In this document: positions 21,623 to 31,941 of the stretch, piece by piece
Numbering within the stretch: position 1 is the stretch's first letter
How the letters are laid out: each line of letters begins with the position of its first letter
NCBI GenBank assembly: GCA_030430495.1
Contig: JAUIKM010000007.1
Span: 51,776-115,775, forward strand
DNA: 64,000 nt
Direction of reading: 5' to 3'
Origin: a bacterium
Lineage (GTDB): Bacteria > Bacteroidota > Ignavibacteria > Kapaibacteriales > UBA7675
Program-made: the position numbers and the translations under genes
Notes under the pieces: model-generated
Database searches by the model: none
Told to the model about the DNA's origin: nothing
The model's input: only the letters and a program-made list of their open reading frames with translations

Positions 21623-22538
21623 AGCATTGCTGTTTGCGGGACAGGGCTCGCAGTACGTCGGGATGATGCGCGATCTGACGGCCGGGTTTCCCGCCGCGCA
21701 GGAACGATTGCAGCGCGCCGACGACATTCTCGGTTTTGCTCTGAGCGACATTTGTTTTGACGGTCCGGAAGAGCGGCTGAAAGAAACGCGCTATACGCAG
21801 CCCGCGCTGTTTGTGCACGAGGCAATCCTGGTGGATCAATTGCGCGAACGCCTCAGCTTTTCCGCTGTGGCGGGACACTCGCTGGGCGAATACTCGGCGC
21901 TCTATGCCGCCGGCGTTCTCGACTTTGAAGCGGCGCTCAGACTCGTGCGGCTGCGCGGCGACCTGATGTTCCGCGCCGGCGAAGACGCGCCTGGTACAAT
22001 GCTCGCCGTCCTTGGCCTGCCCGACGAAAAAGTGATCGGCCTGTGCGAGGAACTGCAGGACGGAGAACACGTCATTGTAGCAGCCAACTTCAACGCACCG
22101 GGACAGGTTGTCGTGTCGGGCTCGGCCGACTACCTGCGTGACAAACAAGAGAAATTCAAGGAAGCCGGCGCACGCCGGGTGATGGAAGTAAAAGTCAGTG
22201 GAGCGTTTCATTCGCCCCTGATGGAAAGCGCGCGCAAGACGCTGGCGTCGGCCATTGACAATACGGCCTTCAACGATGCTGCGGTGGACGTGTACTGCAA
22301 CTCGCGCGCGGCAGCTCTGCGCTCGGCGTCGGACCTGCGTGAAGCGTTGGTGGAACAGCTCGTTTCGCCGGTCCTGTGGACGCAGAGTCTGAATGCCATG
22401 CATGCGGCGGGTATCCGTTCCTTTGTGGAAATCGGACCAGGGAAAATCCTGCAAGGCATGCTCAAACGCACGCTGACGGACGTGGAAATCAGCGGCGTCG
22501 ATACCGCCGAACAGCTTAACAGTTTCAGGCAGGCCTGA
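21612..22538 (+). CDS. fabD: malonyl-CoA:ACP transacylase
   Basis: GQGSQ, GHSLGEY, SGAFHS. Confidence 0.96.
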   Translation: MNPEALLFAGQGSQYVGMMRDLTAGFPAAQERLQRADDILGFALSDICFDGPEERLKETRYTQPALFVHEAILVDQLRERLSFSAVAGHSLGEYSALYAAGVLDFEAALRLVRLRGDLMFRAGEDAPGTMLAVLGLPDEKVIGLCEELQDGEHVIVAANFNAPGQVVVSGSADYLRDKQEKFKEAGARRVMEVKVSGAFHSPLMESARKTLASAIDNTAFNDAAVDVYCNSRAAALRSASDLREALVEQLVSPVLWTQSLNAMHAAGIRSFVEIGPGKILQGMLKRTLTDVEISGVDTAEQLNSFRQA

Positions 22539-22571
22539 GCCTGACCGCATCAAACTCCGGGACCAGTCAAA

Positions 22572-23321
22572 ATGTCGGATCAGAAAGAAACCCAGGTTGC
22601 CCTCGTAACCGGCGGATCCCGCGGCATCGGCGAAGCGATTGTGCGTCGCCTGGCGGCCGACGGTTTTCACGTGGTGTTTACCTACAATTCCAGTTCCGCC
22701 GCGGCGGAAAAGATTTGCGCCGATCTGCACGAAGCGGGGCGGAAAGCCGAAGCCGTTAAAGCAGACATAGCCGATGCCGGGCAGGTGCAAAACCTGATCG
22801 ATGAAACCATCAAGCGCGGCGGCCGTCTGGACGTGCTCGTCAATAACGCGGGAATTACGCGGGACACGCTGCTGATGCGCATGTCCGAAGACGACTGGAA
22901 CGCCGTGCTGGACACGAACCTGAAAGGCGCATTCCTGACGAGCAAAGCCGTCTGTCGCCAGATGATGCGTCAGCGCAGCGGCCGCATTATTAACATCGGA
23001 TCGATTGTCGGCCTGGGCGGCAACGCCGGTCAGGTTAACTATTCGGCTTCCAAAGCCGGGCTCGTTGGACTGACAAAATCCCTGGCAAAGGAACTGGCAT
23101 CTCGTAATATTTTAGTAAATTGTGTGGCTCCGGGCTACGTGAAAACTGACATGACGGGCAAACTGACCGACGACCAGGTCAACGCTTTCCTCGACTCCAT
23201 TCCGTTGCGACGTGGCGCCGAGGGTGCAGAGATCGCTGGAGCCGTCAGTTTTCTCGCTTCCGGTGACTCCGCCTATATCACGGGACAGGTTCTGAACGTC
23301 GACGGCGGTCTGGCGATGTAA
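22572..23321 (+). CDS. fabG: 3-oxoacyl-ACP reductase
   Basis: TGGSRGIG, NNAGITRD, YSASK. Confidence 0.96.
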   Translation: MSDQKETQVALVTGGSRGIGEAIVRRLAADGFHVVFTYNSSSAAAEKICADLHEAGRKAEAVKADIADAGQVQNLIDETIKRGGRLDVLVNNAGITRDTLLMRMSEDDWNAVLDTNLKGAFLTSKAVCRQMMRQRSGRIINIGSIVGLGGNAGQVNYSASKAGLVGLTKSLAKELASRNILVNCVAPGYVKTDMTGKLTDDQVNAFLDSIPLRRGAEGAEIAGAVSFLASGDSAYITGQVLNVDGGLAM

Positions 23322-23413
23322 ACTCACGGCGCGGGGCGGTTTCCGCCGATTGCGCTGTGTAAAATGTGAATCTTCCGTTTACACTTTCATAACTGATTTG
23401 CAGGAATACGACT

Positions 23414-23653
23414 ATGTCGAGTGTTGCAGAAAAAGTCCAAACGATTATTGTTAACAAGTTGGGCGTAGAATCTTCGCAAATTTCTGACGATGCGTCATTC
23501 ACGAACGATCTTGGCGCCGATTCTCTCGATACGGTCGAGCTGATCATGGAATTCGAGCGCGAGTTCAACATTTCGATTGACGACAGTGACGCGGAGAAAA
23601 TCCAGACGGTCGGCGACGCGATCAAATACCTTGAGAGCAACATTTCCTCCTGA
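23414..23653 (+). CDS. acpP: acyl carrier protein
   Basis: [12 protein letters not shown]. Confidence 0.97.
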   Translation: MSSVAEKVQTIIVNKLGVESSQISDDASFTNDLGADSLDTVELIMEFEREFNISIDDSDAEKIQTVGDAIKYLESNISS

Positions 23654-23778
23654 TACAGGAGGGCAATAGAGATGACAGGCTGCGTCGCGATGTCTCCCGT
23701 CGCCGCGTGGCCTTCTTGAATTATCCAGTGCACGGCGGCGACTGAGCTGCTCCAACCAAACCAATCGCAGTCTGTTCA

Positions 23779-25038
23779 ATGGCTCGTCATGATTTCCCAC
23801 GTATAGTTGTAACCGGTTTGGGTGCAGTAACACCCATCGGCAATACTGTTGAAGAGTATTGGGCCGGGATGATGGAAGGCCGGAGCGGCGCAGGGCCGAT
23901 CACGCGCTTTGACGCCTCTGAGTTTAAAACGAAATTCGCATGTGAAGTCAAGGGCTTCGATCCGCTGCAGTTCATCAACCGCAAGGAAGTGCAGCGCATG
24001 GACCTGTTTACGCAGTTCGCCATGGCGGCCGCGGACATGGCCGTGCAGGATTCGGGCCTCAACCTCGACAAAGTCAACCTGGAGCGCGCCGGCGTCATCG
24101 TCGGCTCCGGGATCGGCGGCATGTGGACCTACCATCATCAGCAGCAGCAATTGTATCTGCGGGACGGCAAACCCGACCGCATTTCGCCCTTTTTTGTGCC
24201 GATGCTAATCTCGGACATTTCTCCCGGTCACATCGCTATTCGCTATGGGTTTAAAGGACCCAATTACGGAACGGTCTCAGCCTGCGCCACCTCCAACCAC
24301 AGCATTGCCGATGCGCTGATGTTGCTGCAACGCGGCGACGCCGACGTCATGCTGGCCGGTGGTAGCGAGGCGGTCATCTGTCCGATGGGCATCGGCGGTT
24401 TTAACGCGATGAAAGCGCTCTCGACGCGCAATGACGATCCGTTGACGGCCAGCCGTCCCTTTGACGCTGAACGCGATGGTTTTGTCATGGGCGAGGGCGG
24501 TGGCATTCTCGTCATGGAAACACTTGAGCACGCCATGGATCGCGGCGCTCGCATCTACGGTGAAATTGCCGGTATCGGTCTGACCGACGACGCTTTTCAC
24601 ATTACCCAGCCTGCCGAAGGCGGCGAAGGCGCGGTGCGCGCAATGCGCATCTGCATTGAAGACGCGGGTTTGACAATTGACGATATCGACTATATTAACG
24701 CCCACGGAACATCGACGCCGTTCAACGACCGAAACGAAACCAAAGCAATTGAGACCGTTTTCGGCGAGCGTGCAAGCAAACTGGCTGTCAGCAGCACAAA
24801 GTCCATGACCGGACACCTGCTCGGAGCCGCCGGCGCCATTGAGGCGATCGCAGGCATGCTGGCGATTCATCGCTCGGCCCTGCCGCCGACGATCAACTAC
24901 CGGACGCCGGATCCCGACTGCAACCTGTTCTACGTTCCAAACAAACCCGTCGAGCGCCCAGTGCGCGCCGTTGTGAGCAACACATTCGGCTTCGGCGGAC
25001 ACAACGCATCGATTTGCATGAAAGCCTTTGAAGAGTAA
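23779..25038 (+). CDS. fabF: beta-ketoacyl-ACP synthase II
   Basis: SACAT, NAHGTST, GHLLGAAG, FGFGGHN. Confidence 0.96.
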   Translation: MARHDFPRIVVTGLGAVTPIGNTVEEYWAGMMEGRSGAGPITRFDASEFKTKFACEVKGFDPLQFINRKEVQRMDLFTQFAMAAADMAVQDSGLNLDKVNLERAGVIVGSGIGGMWTYHHQQQQLYLRDGKPDRISPFFVPMLISDISPGHIAIRYGFKGPNYGTVSACATSNHSIADALMLLQRGDADVMLAGGSEAVICPMGIGGFNAMKALSTRNDDPLTASRPFDAERDGFVMGEGGGILVMETLEHAMDRGARIYGEIAGIGLTDDAFHITQPAEGGEGAVRAMRICIEDAGLTIDDIDYINAHGTSTPFNDRNETKAIETVFGERASKLAVSSTKSMTGHLLGAAGAIEAIAGMLAIHRSALPPTINYRTPDPDCNLFYVPNKPVERPVRAVVSNTFGFGGHNASICMKAFEE

Positions 25039-25068
25039 CGGAACCCTCACGATGGGAACGGCAGCCGA

Positions 25069-25887
25069 ATGCCGGGCTTGATACACCAAATACAGCAGAA
25101 AATTCTTCGCCTCGCGTCATTGTCGGACTCTCAGTCTCGGCCATACGACGCCGAGCAATTTCCAGCACTGAATTTTCTTGATCCCGAGAGCAAGAGCCGC
25201 CTGGAGCACAATCTGGGCGTGCGCATTCACAATATCCCGATATTTGAGCAGGCTCTGGTTCACCGCTCCTACCTGCAACTGGCCGAAGACGAAAACATCA
25301 AGTCCAACGAACGCCTCGAGTTTTTCGGCGACGCAATCCTCAGCTCGATTGTAGCCGAAAAACTGTTCTACCTGCACAAAGACGTCTCCGAAGGCGAGCT
25401 GACCAAGATGCGGTCCTGGCTCGTCAACCGCAAGTCGCTCGCCTATTGCGCGCGCCAGCTTGACCTGACCAGTTTTCTGATGGTCAGCCTCAGCGCGCGT
25501 CAGTCCCTTGAACAGGGCAATGAGTCGATTCCCGCCGATGCGCTCGAAGCCATTATTGCCGCCATCTACCTCGATTCCGGCGCTGATACGGCGCGGTCCT
25601 TCGTCGTGTCCAACATCCTGACGCGCATTATGAAAGAGACCGAATTGATGCGCGACACCAACTACAAAAGCATCGTGCTCGAACACTCGCAGGCGGCCGG
25701 CAAAGGCGTTCCGCGTTATTCCGTCGTGGATGAATCCGGCCCCGACCACGATCGCCAGTTTACCGTTGAGTTGACGATCAATTCGGAGACCGTCGGCCGC
25801 GGCACCGGCCGCAACAAAAAGGAGGCGGAGCAGGACGCCGCCAGCAATGCCATGCGCGCACTTAAAATCAAGGTCAAACGCGACTGA
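25069..25887 (+). CDS. rnc: ribonuclease III
   Basis: NERLEFFGDAIL and a C-terminal dsRBD. Confidence 0.95.
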   Translation: MPGLIHQIQQKILRLASLSDSQSRPYDAEQFPALNFLDPESKSRLEHNLGVRIHNIPIFEQALVHRSYLQLAEDENIKSNERLEFFGDAILSSIVAEKLFYLHKDVSEGELTKMRSWLVNRKSLAYCARQLDLTSFLMVSLSARQSLEQGNESIPADALEAIIAAIYLDSGADTARSFVVSNILTRIMKETELMRDTNYKSIVLEHSQAAGKGVPRYSVVDESGPDHDRQFTVELTINSETVGRGTGRNKKEAEQDAASNAMRALKIKVKRD

Positions 25888-26152
25888 CATGCAATTCCGC
25901 GCGACCGCGGGTTGCGCGTGCAACAATTCCTTTGCGCTGCGTCTCTTTCTTCATGTCAAAATATTTCCCGGTCGACTGCGACTGAATCGACGTGTATCAA
26001 GGTACATCGGCGCGCTTGCGATTTGGCGGCATTTTTTAACCAATTGACGCTTGCGCGTGTCTCCTTCGCATTCCCGTGCAACAGCAACGCGAACGGAGTG
26101 TTTATCGCTCTTGTATCAAGGGCCCGAATACAGATTACAGAGGAGAAGGACG

Positions 26153-29100
26153 ATGACAAAAGGCAGGCTGTCTGGTATCGGGTTGGCGGTTGTGATGTTA
26201 TTCCTGGGCGTCGTTGCGGCGCAGGCGCAGTTTGGCAAAAACAAAGTACAGTATCAGGATTTTGATTGGCATTTCATTCAGTCCGAACATTTTGACGTCT
26301 ACTACCACCAGGGTGGCAAGTACCTGGCCGACTTTACCGCCGTAGTTGCCGAACGCATGCTTTTTGAGCTACAGCGCGATGTTAACTACAGCATCACCCA
26401 GCGCATTCCCATCGTTGTGTACAATTCGCACAATCAATTTCAACAGACCAATACAACGCGACAATTCCTGTTCGAGGGCATCGCCGGTTTTACCGAGCCG
26501 CTCAAGAACCGCATCGTGCTGCCCTTTGAGGGCAAGTGGGAGTTTTTCCGACTCCTCATCCGGCACGAGCTCGTTCATGCGTTTATTAACGACATGTTTT
26601 ACGGCGGCTCCGTCCAGTCGCAAATAACAAATAATATTCGCGTGGAATACCCGCTCTGGATGAGCGAGGGTTTTGCCGAGTACAGCGCCGTGCGCGGTCT
26701 GGACACCAAAACGGACATGTTTCTTCGCGACCTCAGCATCAGTGAAAATCTGCCCGAGTTGATGGAGCTGGGCGGCTATACGGCCTATCGCGGTGGTCAG
26801 GCTTTCTACTGGTACGTCGAAGACAAATACGGCCGCGCCAAAATAGGCGAGCTGACCAATCGCATCCGCAGCATCGGCCGCGTGAATGGCGCGTTTGAGA
26901 GCACATTCGGCATGGACGTCGAGGAATTCTCCGAACAGTGGCGGCGCGATATGAAGAAAATTTACTGGCCCGACATCGTCAAGTACGACGACGTTGAGGA
27001 CTTTTCAACGCGCATCACCGACCACGAGAAAAACCGAACCTACTTAAACACTGCGCCGGCCATTTCGCCCAATGGTGAACGCATGGCTTTTATTTCCCTG
27101 CGCGACGGATTCTACAGCCTCTACCTGATGGATCTGGACACGCGCACACGTCGAGTTAAACAGCTCGTGGAAGGATCGCGCGGACGCGACTTCGAGGATC
27201 TGAATATTCTTTCTCCCGGTATCTCCTGGGACCCCGAAGGTCGCCGCGTGGCCATCAGCGCCAAAGCCGGCGGCAACGACGCCCTTTTTATCATCGATGC
27301 CGAAACGGGCGATGTTGAAAAATTCGACCTTGGTTTTCGCATGATGACGAGCGCCAAATGGTCGCCCGACGGAAAGTCCATCGCACTTGTGGCCTCGATT
27401 GAGGAAACACCGGACATTTTTGTCTTTGACCTTGCTTCCGGCGAGGTCCAGAACCTGACGGAGGACATCTTTACCGACCTCGCGCCGGCATGGGGACCGA
27501 ACAGCGACGTGATCTACTTCGTCTCCAATCGCGCCGACAATCTGGCTCCCGGCATTGCTGCGGATAAACTCAAGATGTGGGAATACGATCGCGATCAAAA
27601 AGACATCTACTCAATCGATGTTAACACGCGGCAGATGAAACGCCTTACTTTTGACCCCACGTACTACGAAACGTCGATTGCGGCTTCGCCCGACGGCTCC
27701 TCAATCATGTACGTTTCGGATAAAAGCGGCATCGGCAATATCTACGTGATGGACCTGGCTTCGGGCCAGTCCTATCCCAAAACCAACTCGCTCAGCGGAA
27801 TTGAACATCTCTCGCTGTCGAGCGACGGCGGTAAACTGTTGTTTACATCGCAGAACGGCGGCAGCTTTGACATTTTCATGCTGCGTTTTCCCTTTGACCT
27901 GCCCGACAAGGAACCGGTATTAACAGAATTCCGCAAGCGCACCTTGCGGGAAGCCGGACTTCTGGCCGAGGCGGATGACAGCGCCGATGAGAAGCCGTCC
28001 GAACCGGATAAACCGGAGGTATCGCCGACGGATTCACTTGTTGGATACGGCGACTTTAACGTCGATTTCTCGCGCCAGAAAGCGGTGCAGGCCAATCCCG
28101 ACGCCATTGCCGACCTGGGCGATGACGACGCGGCCAAGCCGGTGATTCAGGTTGATGATGAATTTGAATCGCAGCAGTACAAGATTGCGTTTTCGCCCGA
28201 TTTGATTTTTGCCAATGCGGGTTACGACACCTTTTTTGGCGTGCAGGGCGCGACGCAAATGCTGTTCAGCGACATGCTCGGCAACCATCAGATTTTCTTC
28301 TCGGCGAATCTTCTGTTAAACCTGAACAACAGCGACTTTTTCCTGTTGTATTCTTATCTGCCCGAACAGATCGACTACAATTTCAGCGGTTTTCACACAG
28401 CCCGCTTTGTTTCACAGGACGATCCGTTTGAGTTGGACGGCACGGCGGTGTATCGATTCCGCTACTTTGGCGCCGGCGCCGGTGCAAGCCTTCCGTTTAA
28501 CACATTCGACCGCCTTGAAGTTGGTCTTACCTGGTTAAACACTTCAACGGAGAATGTCGACTATCCGGCCGAACCGACAATCTCGCGCATGCACTTTGTG
28601 CCGGAGATCAAGTTCGTGCACGACGACATCATGTACGGCTACAGCGGTCCTTCGCGCGGCACGCGCTATTTTCTGGAAGCGCAGGGCTCGCCCAAATTTT
28701 CCGACAGCCAACTCGGATTTGTCACCTTTCAGGCGGATTTCCGGCACTACGTCGACGTTGGCTCGGGCTTTACACTGGCACTTCGCGGCGCCGGCGGCGC
28801 GAGTTTTGGTGAGGATCCGCAGGCATTTTTTGTCGGCGGTACGGAAAACTGGATTAACCGGACGTTCAGCAACGACCGTCTTCCGTACACTACGGCCGAG
28901 GATCTGTATTTCCTCTCGCCTGGTTATCCGCTGCGCGGCTGGGATATTAACGAGCGCAACGGCACGCGCATGTTTGTCACGAATGCCGAGTTCCGTTTTC
29001 CAATTTTGTTAAACGTCTTTTTCGACATGGGCGGCGCCTGGACGGACGAGTTTGTCGCTTCGCGCATCAACGCAAACGGCAATCGCGAAGCGCGCGATCT

Positions 29101-29233
29101 GCTTATGAGCACCGGTCTGGGTTTGCGCCTTTACCTGCTCGGTTTTCCGCTTAAAATTGACGTTGCCTGGAAAAACAACTTCGAGAAATTCTCGAAACCC
29201 GTCTGGCTCATTTCCCTCGGTCAGGATTTTTAA
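26153..29233 (+). CDS. large secreted protein: HExxH peptidase-MA-like domain, TolB/PD40 propeller and BamA/Omp85-like barrel
   Basis: Signal peptide QFGKNKVQY, HELVH, W..EG.AEY, repeated SPDG/WSP, PLRGW barrel loop, terminal Phe. Confidence 0.8.
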   Translation: MTKGRLSGIGLAVVMLFLGVVAAQAQFGKNKVQYQDFDWHFIQSEHFDVYYHQGGKYLADFTAVVAERMLFELQRDVNYSITQRIPIVVYNSHNQFQQTNTTRQFLFEGIAGFTEPLKNRIVLPFEGKWEFFRLLIRHELVHAFINDMFYGGSVQSQITNNIRVEYPLWMSEGFAEYSAVRGLDTKTDMFLRDLSISENLPELMELGGYTAYRGGQAFYWYVEDKYGRAKIGELTNRIRSIGRVNGAFESTFGMDVEEFSEQWRRDMKKIYWPDIVKYDDVEDFSTRITDHEKNRTYLNTAPAISPNGERMAFISLRDGFYSLYLMDLDTRTRRVKQLVEGSRGRDFEDLNILSPGISWDPEGRRVAISAKAGGNDALFIIDAETGDVEKFDLGFRMMTSAKWSPDGKSIALVASIEETPDIFVFDLASGEVQNLTEDIFTDLAPAWGPNSDVIYFVSNRADNLAPGIAADKLKMWEYDRDQKDIYSIDVNTRQMKRLTFDPTYYETSIAASPDGSSIMYVSDKSGIGNIYVMDLASGQSYPKTNSLSGIEHLSLSSDGGKLLFTSQNGGSFDIFMLRFPFDLPDKEPVLTEFRKRTLREAGLLAEADDSADEKPSEPDKPEVSPTDSLVGYGDFNVDFSRQKAVQANPDAIADLGDDDAAKPVIQVDDEFESQQYKIAFSPDLIFANAGYDTFFGVQGATQMLFSDMLGNHQIFFSANLLLNLNNSDFFLLYSYLPEQIDYNFSGFHTARFVSQDDPFELDGTAVYRFRYFGAGAGASLPFNTFDRLEVGLTWLNTSTENVDYPAEPTISRMHFVPEIKFVHDDIMYGYSGPSRGTRYFLEAQGSPKFSDSQLGFVTFQADFRHYVDVGSGFTLALRGAGGASFGEDPQAFFVGGTENWINRTFSNDRLPYTTAEDLYFLSPGYPLRGWDINERNGTRMFVTNAEFRFPILLNVFFDMGGAWTDEFVASRINANGNREARDLLMSTGLGLRLYLLGFPLKIDVAWKNNFEKFSKPVWLISLGQDF

Positions 29234-29259
29234 CATCCGCCGTTTGTGTTAACATTCTG

Positions 29260-29292
29260 GAGCCGCTTGAAGCATTTCGGGCGGCTCTTTTT
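29260..29292 (+). terminator. intrinsic terminator
   Basis: GAGCCGCTTGAA...TTCGGGCGGCTC followed by TTTTT. Confidence 0.75.
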
Positions 29293-29592
29293 GTTTAATA
29301 TTTCTCGTACCTGCGCCGATGCCTGACCGCCCTTGAGCCATTCACTTTGTTCCGGTCTCGGTCTTTTTGACTCTTTTGTTTGTCAACGGGTTTCAAGCTT
29401 GAAGTCTCGCCGTCTGTTTGGAATCTTCGAATCTCAAAGTCCACAGCAGCGGAATCAGTCCCGAGTTGCATCCCTGCACTGTCGCGTGAAAAGCAGCCGG
29501 CTCGTCTATCACTTTCTCACACAGCGATTTACTCGGTCTTCGCCTCGAATATTGATTCTCACGTTAGGCCGACTACCGGTCAGCCCAATACG

Positions 29593-29722
29593 CCGACGAT
29601 TGATGCTGTTCTCGCTCCGGCGATCGATGCTGTTCTCGCTCCGACGGTCGATGCTGTTCTCGCTCCGGCGGTCGATGCGATTTTTGCGCCGACGATCGAT
29701 GCGATTCTCGCTCCGGCGATCG
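29593..29722. repeat. 24-nt tandem repeat, about 5.4 copies
   Basis: Unit ccgRcgRtYgatgcKRttYtYgcK starting at 29593, 29617, 29641, 29665, 29689 and 29713 (partial). Confidence 0.9.
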
Positions 29723-30334
29723 AACCGAAGACTTTCTTAAGGTCCAGTCTCTTCACGCAGAGCAGGAAGACTGCGCTTGCCGCGCATGTCGTCGCTGTAC
29801 ATCAGTCCACTGGCAAGGGGGAGTATGCTCGTTTGTCGTCGCTCGACGTCTTTGATGTTAGACCTGAATCACATTAACGCAAGATCTGGCCCGTTCAAAC
29901 CTGAACTCTGCCCGCTGACACTTTTCCGCTTGCAGAAACAGCAGACGTTTGGCATGTTGCTTTTGTCGAACCGTCCGGAGGTTTCGGCCGCGCCGCAGTG
30001 AAAACGCCCATGTGAAGGGCGTGGACCGCAGAAAAATTAAACCGCGAAAATCGGGGGAAGGAACTCGTGCCCCGGACGGAAAAAAACGCGAAAATTTGGC
30101 AAGGTGGTGGAGGCCTGTTCACGTTTGTGCTTCGCACCGCCTGTCCACACCTGTCTCCTGACCGCGCATGAAAGTGTTCTGATCGTCCTCGAAGTACTGA
30201 TTGTCGTTGGACAATACTTCTGCTGCCAAACAGATCCCTAATACTTGCCCAAGTTGACTTATAAGAAAAAAATACAGGCCGCTGGAATACATGCACGCAA
30301 ACAGTATCGGTAAGCCAGGTAAATCGGCGCGTAG

Positions 30335-30489
30335 ACACTTGAGTCCCGGCGCCAAACAAAAGATTAATTCAATCGGTCGGCAACCAACCAACAACTGAAC
30401 ACTTGAGTCCCGGCGCCAAACAAAAGATCAGGAAAAGCAGTCGGTCGGTACGTGCGTGAACACCCGAATTCCGGTGAAAAACAACCAAT
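30335..30489. repeat. 30-nt direct repeat (2 exact copies plus 1 degenerate), period about 61-64 nt
   Basis: ACACTTGAGTCCCGGCGCCAAACAAAAGAT at 30335 and 30399; degenerate copy at 30460. Confidence 0.8.
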
Positions 30490-30731
30490 CAGGTCGGGCC
30501 GACAAACAACAAATGCGAACTCAATCCCCGGGCCGCTGTGGCAAACAACAGCAAGCCGCTGAGTTAACAAGTAGTTTAATGTTCCAGCTGCATAACTTCG
30601 ACTGCGGCGCGATGAATGCCAGATACAGCTGTTAAACAGCAGCCGAGTTGTCTGCGAATCATCAGTATTAACAAATGAGTGAAAAGGCTTTGCCGCAATC
30701 GCCGAGATTCAAAGATCACTGAAGCGACAGC

Positions 30732-31934
30732 TCAGTCCTTGAACACGTACACTGCGCCCAGAATCGGATCACTGGAGGCGTGGCTGATAATGCGTTCGAT
30801 GTTTTTGGCGCTGCAGACCGAACCGGCGGAGAGGAGTTTCATGCCGGAATTCGTGACGATATCGCGGGCAATACGCATGCCGTCTTCCAGTTCGTAAATT
30901 TTTAGGGCGCGCACGTTTTTGGCCATGGTCTCTGAGGAAATGGTCCAGAGATACTCGTCCAGCAGCTGCGTGAAACGCGGGTCAAAAACGTGGTTGTCCT
31001 GGCGTTTGACTGCGTCGAGTGCGTCAAGCGGATCGAGCTTGAGTATGTCGCGATAGTTAACATAATCCAGCACAACGCGGATGATGCGCGACTGGATCGG
31101 AATTTCGTAGAGTTTAAGTCTGTCCGGAAAACCGGAGCCGTCGTAATTTTCGTAGATATGTTTAATAATGTTCGCCGCATTTTCCAGCCGTTTGGACGGC
31201 TCCAGCATGCGCGCGGCGTAAATAGGCACCTGGCGCATCAGTTCAGTTGTGGCTTTGCCTTCGAGCACCACCGGTTGATTGATCAGATTGTCCGGCAAAA
31301 CCAGCTTGCCCAGCATGCACAAACTGGCCGCAATGCGCGTGTCTTCGATTTCTGCTTCGCCAAGGTCCTCAAATGCGCGTGCAATCCAGACGCTGGCCTG
31401 AATAACGCGTTCCTGCGTTTGTTGCGAGTCCGGAATGCGGCAGTGGACCATGTTGACCGCCACTTCCAGCAACTCCAGCAGGTCCTTGTTCATTTGTTCG
31501 GTCAGACGGCGCAGGCGCTTGCGTTCGATGTTGACCTGATCGTGCAGCCGTACGATGCGGGCGCCGGCCTGAACCTTTGCCAGCAATTCGTCCGGCGTCG
31601 CCGGCATGGGGAGGAAGTCGTCGGCTCCCCGGGAAAGCGCCTCGACGCGCTCATCGCTGACCGTGCTGTCGACGAGCATAATGATGTAGATATCGTTCAG
31701 CAGAGCCGACTCTTTGATCTCGGCGCAGAGCGCCGGCCCACCGCGTCCGCCGCAGTGCATGTCGCACAGCAGGATGGAAGGCTGATTGTGCTCCAGCGCC
31801 TTGCTGAATTGTGCGCTGTCGGTTTCCGCGCTGACGCTCGCACCGGTAAAGAGGCGTTCCAGCAGCTTTTGTATGTGTGCTGCCGTCCCGGCGTCATGAT
31901 GAAGAATGGCGATCGAAATCACGTCGTATGACAT
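30732..31934 (-). CDS. response regulator with a degenerate HD-GYP-like output domain
   Basis: N-terminal REC (LLCD..., GADDF), coiled coil, then LCMLGK (HD lost), ENYDGSGFP, SRII.V, FDP. Confidence 0.8.
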   Translation of the reverse strand: MSYDVISIAILHHDAGTAAHIQKLLERLFTGASVSAETDSAQFSKALEHNQPSILLCDMHCGGRGGPALCAEIKESALLNDIYIIMLVDSTVSDERVEALSRGADDFLPMPATPDELLAKVQAGARIVRLHDQVNIERKRLRRLTEQMNKDLLELLEVAVNMVHCRIPDSQQTQERVIQASVWIARAFEDLGEAEIEDTRIAASLCMLGKLVLPDNLINQPVVLEGKATTELMRQVPIYAARMLEPSKRLENAANIIKHIYENYDGSGFPDRLKLYEIPIQSRIIRVVLDYVNYRDILKLDPLDALDAVKRQDNHVFDPRFTQLLDEYLWTISSETMAKNVRALKIYELEDGMRIARDIVTNSGMKLLSAGSVCSAKNIERIISHASSDPILGAVYVFKD

Positions 31935-31941
31935 GGCGGTC

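Noticed and set aside
30335-30489. Orphan CRISPR mini-array
   Set aside because: Only two exact repeats, the spacers share sequence, no typical terminal motif, no cas genes
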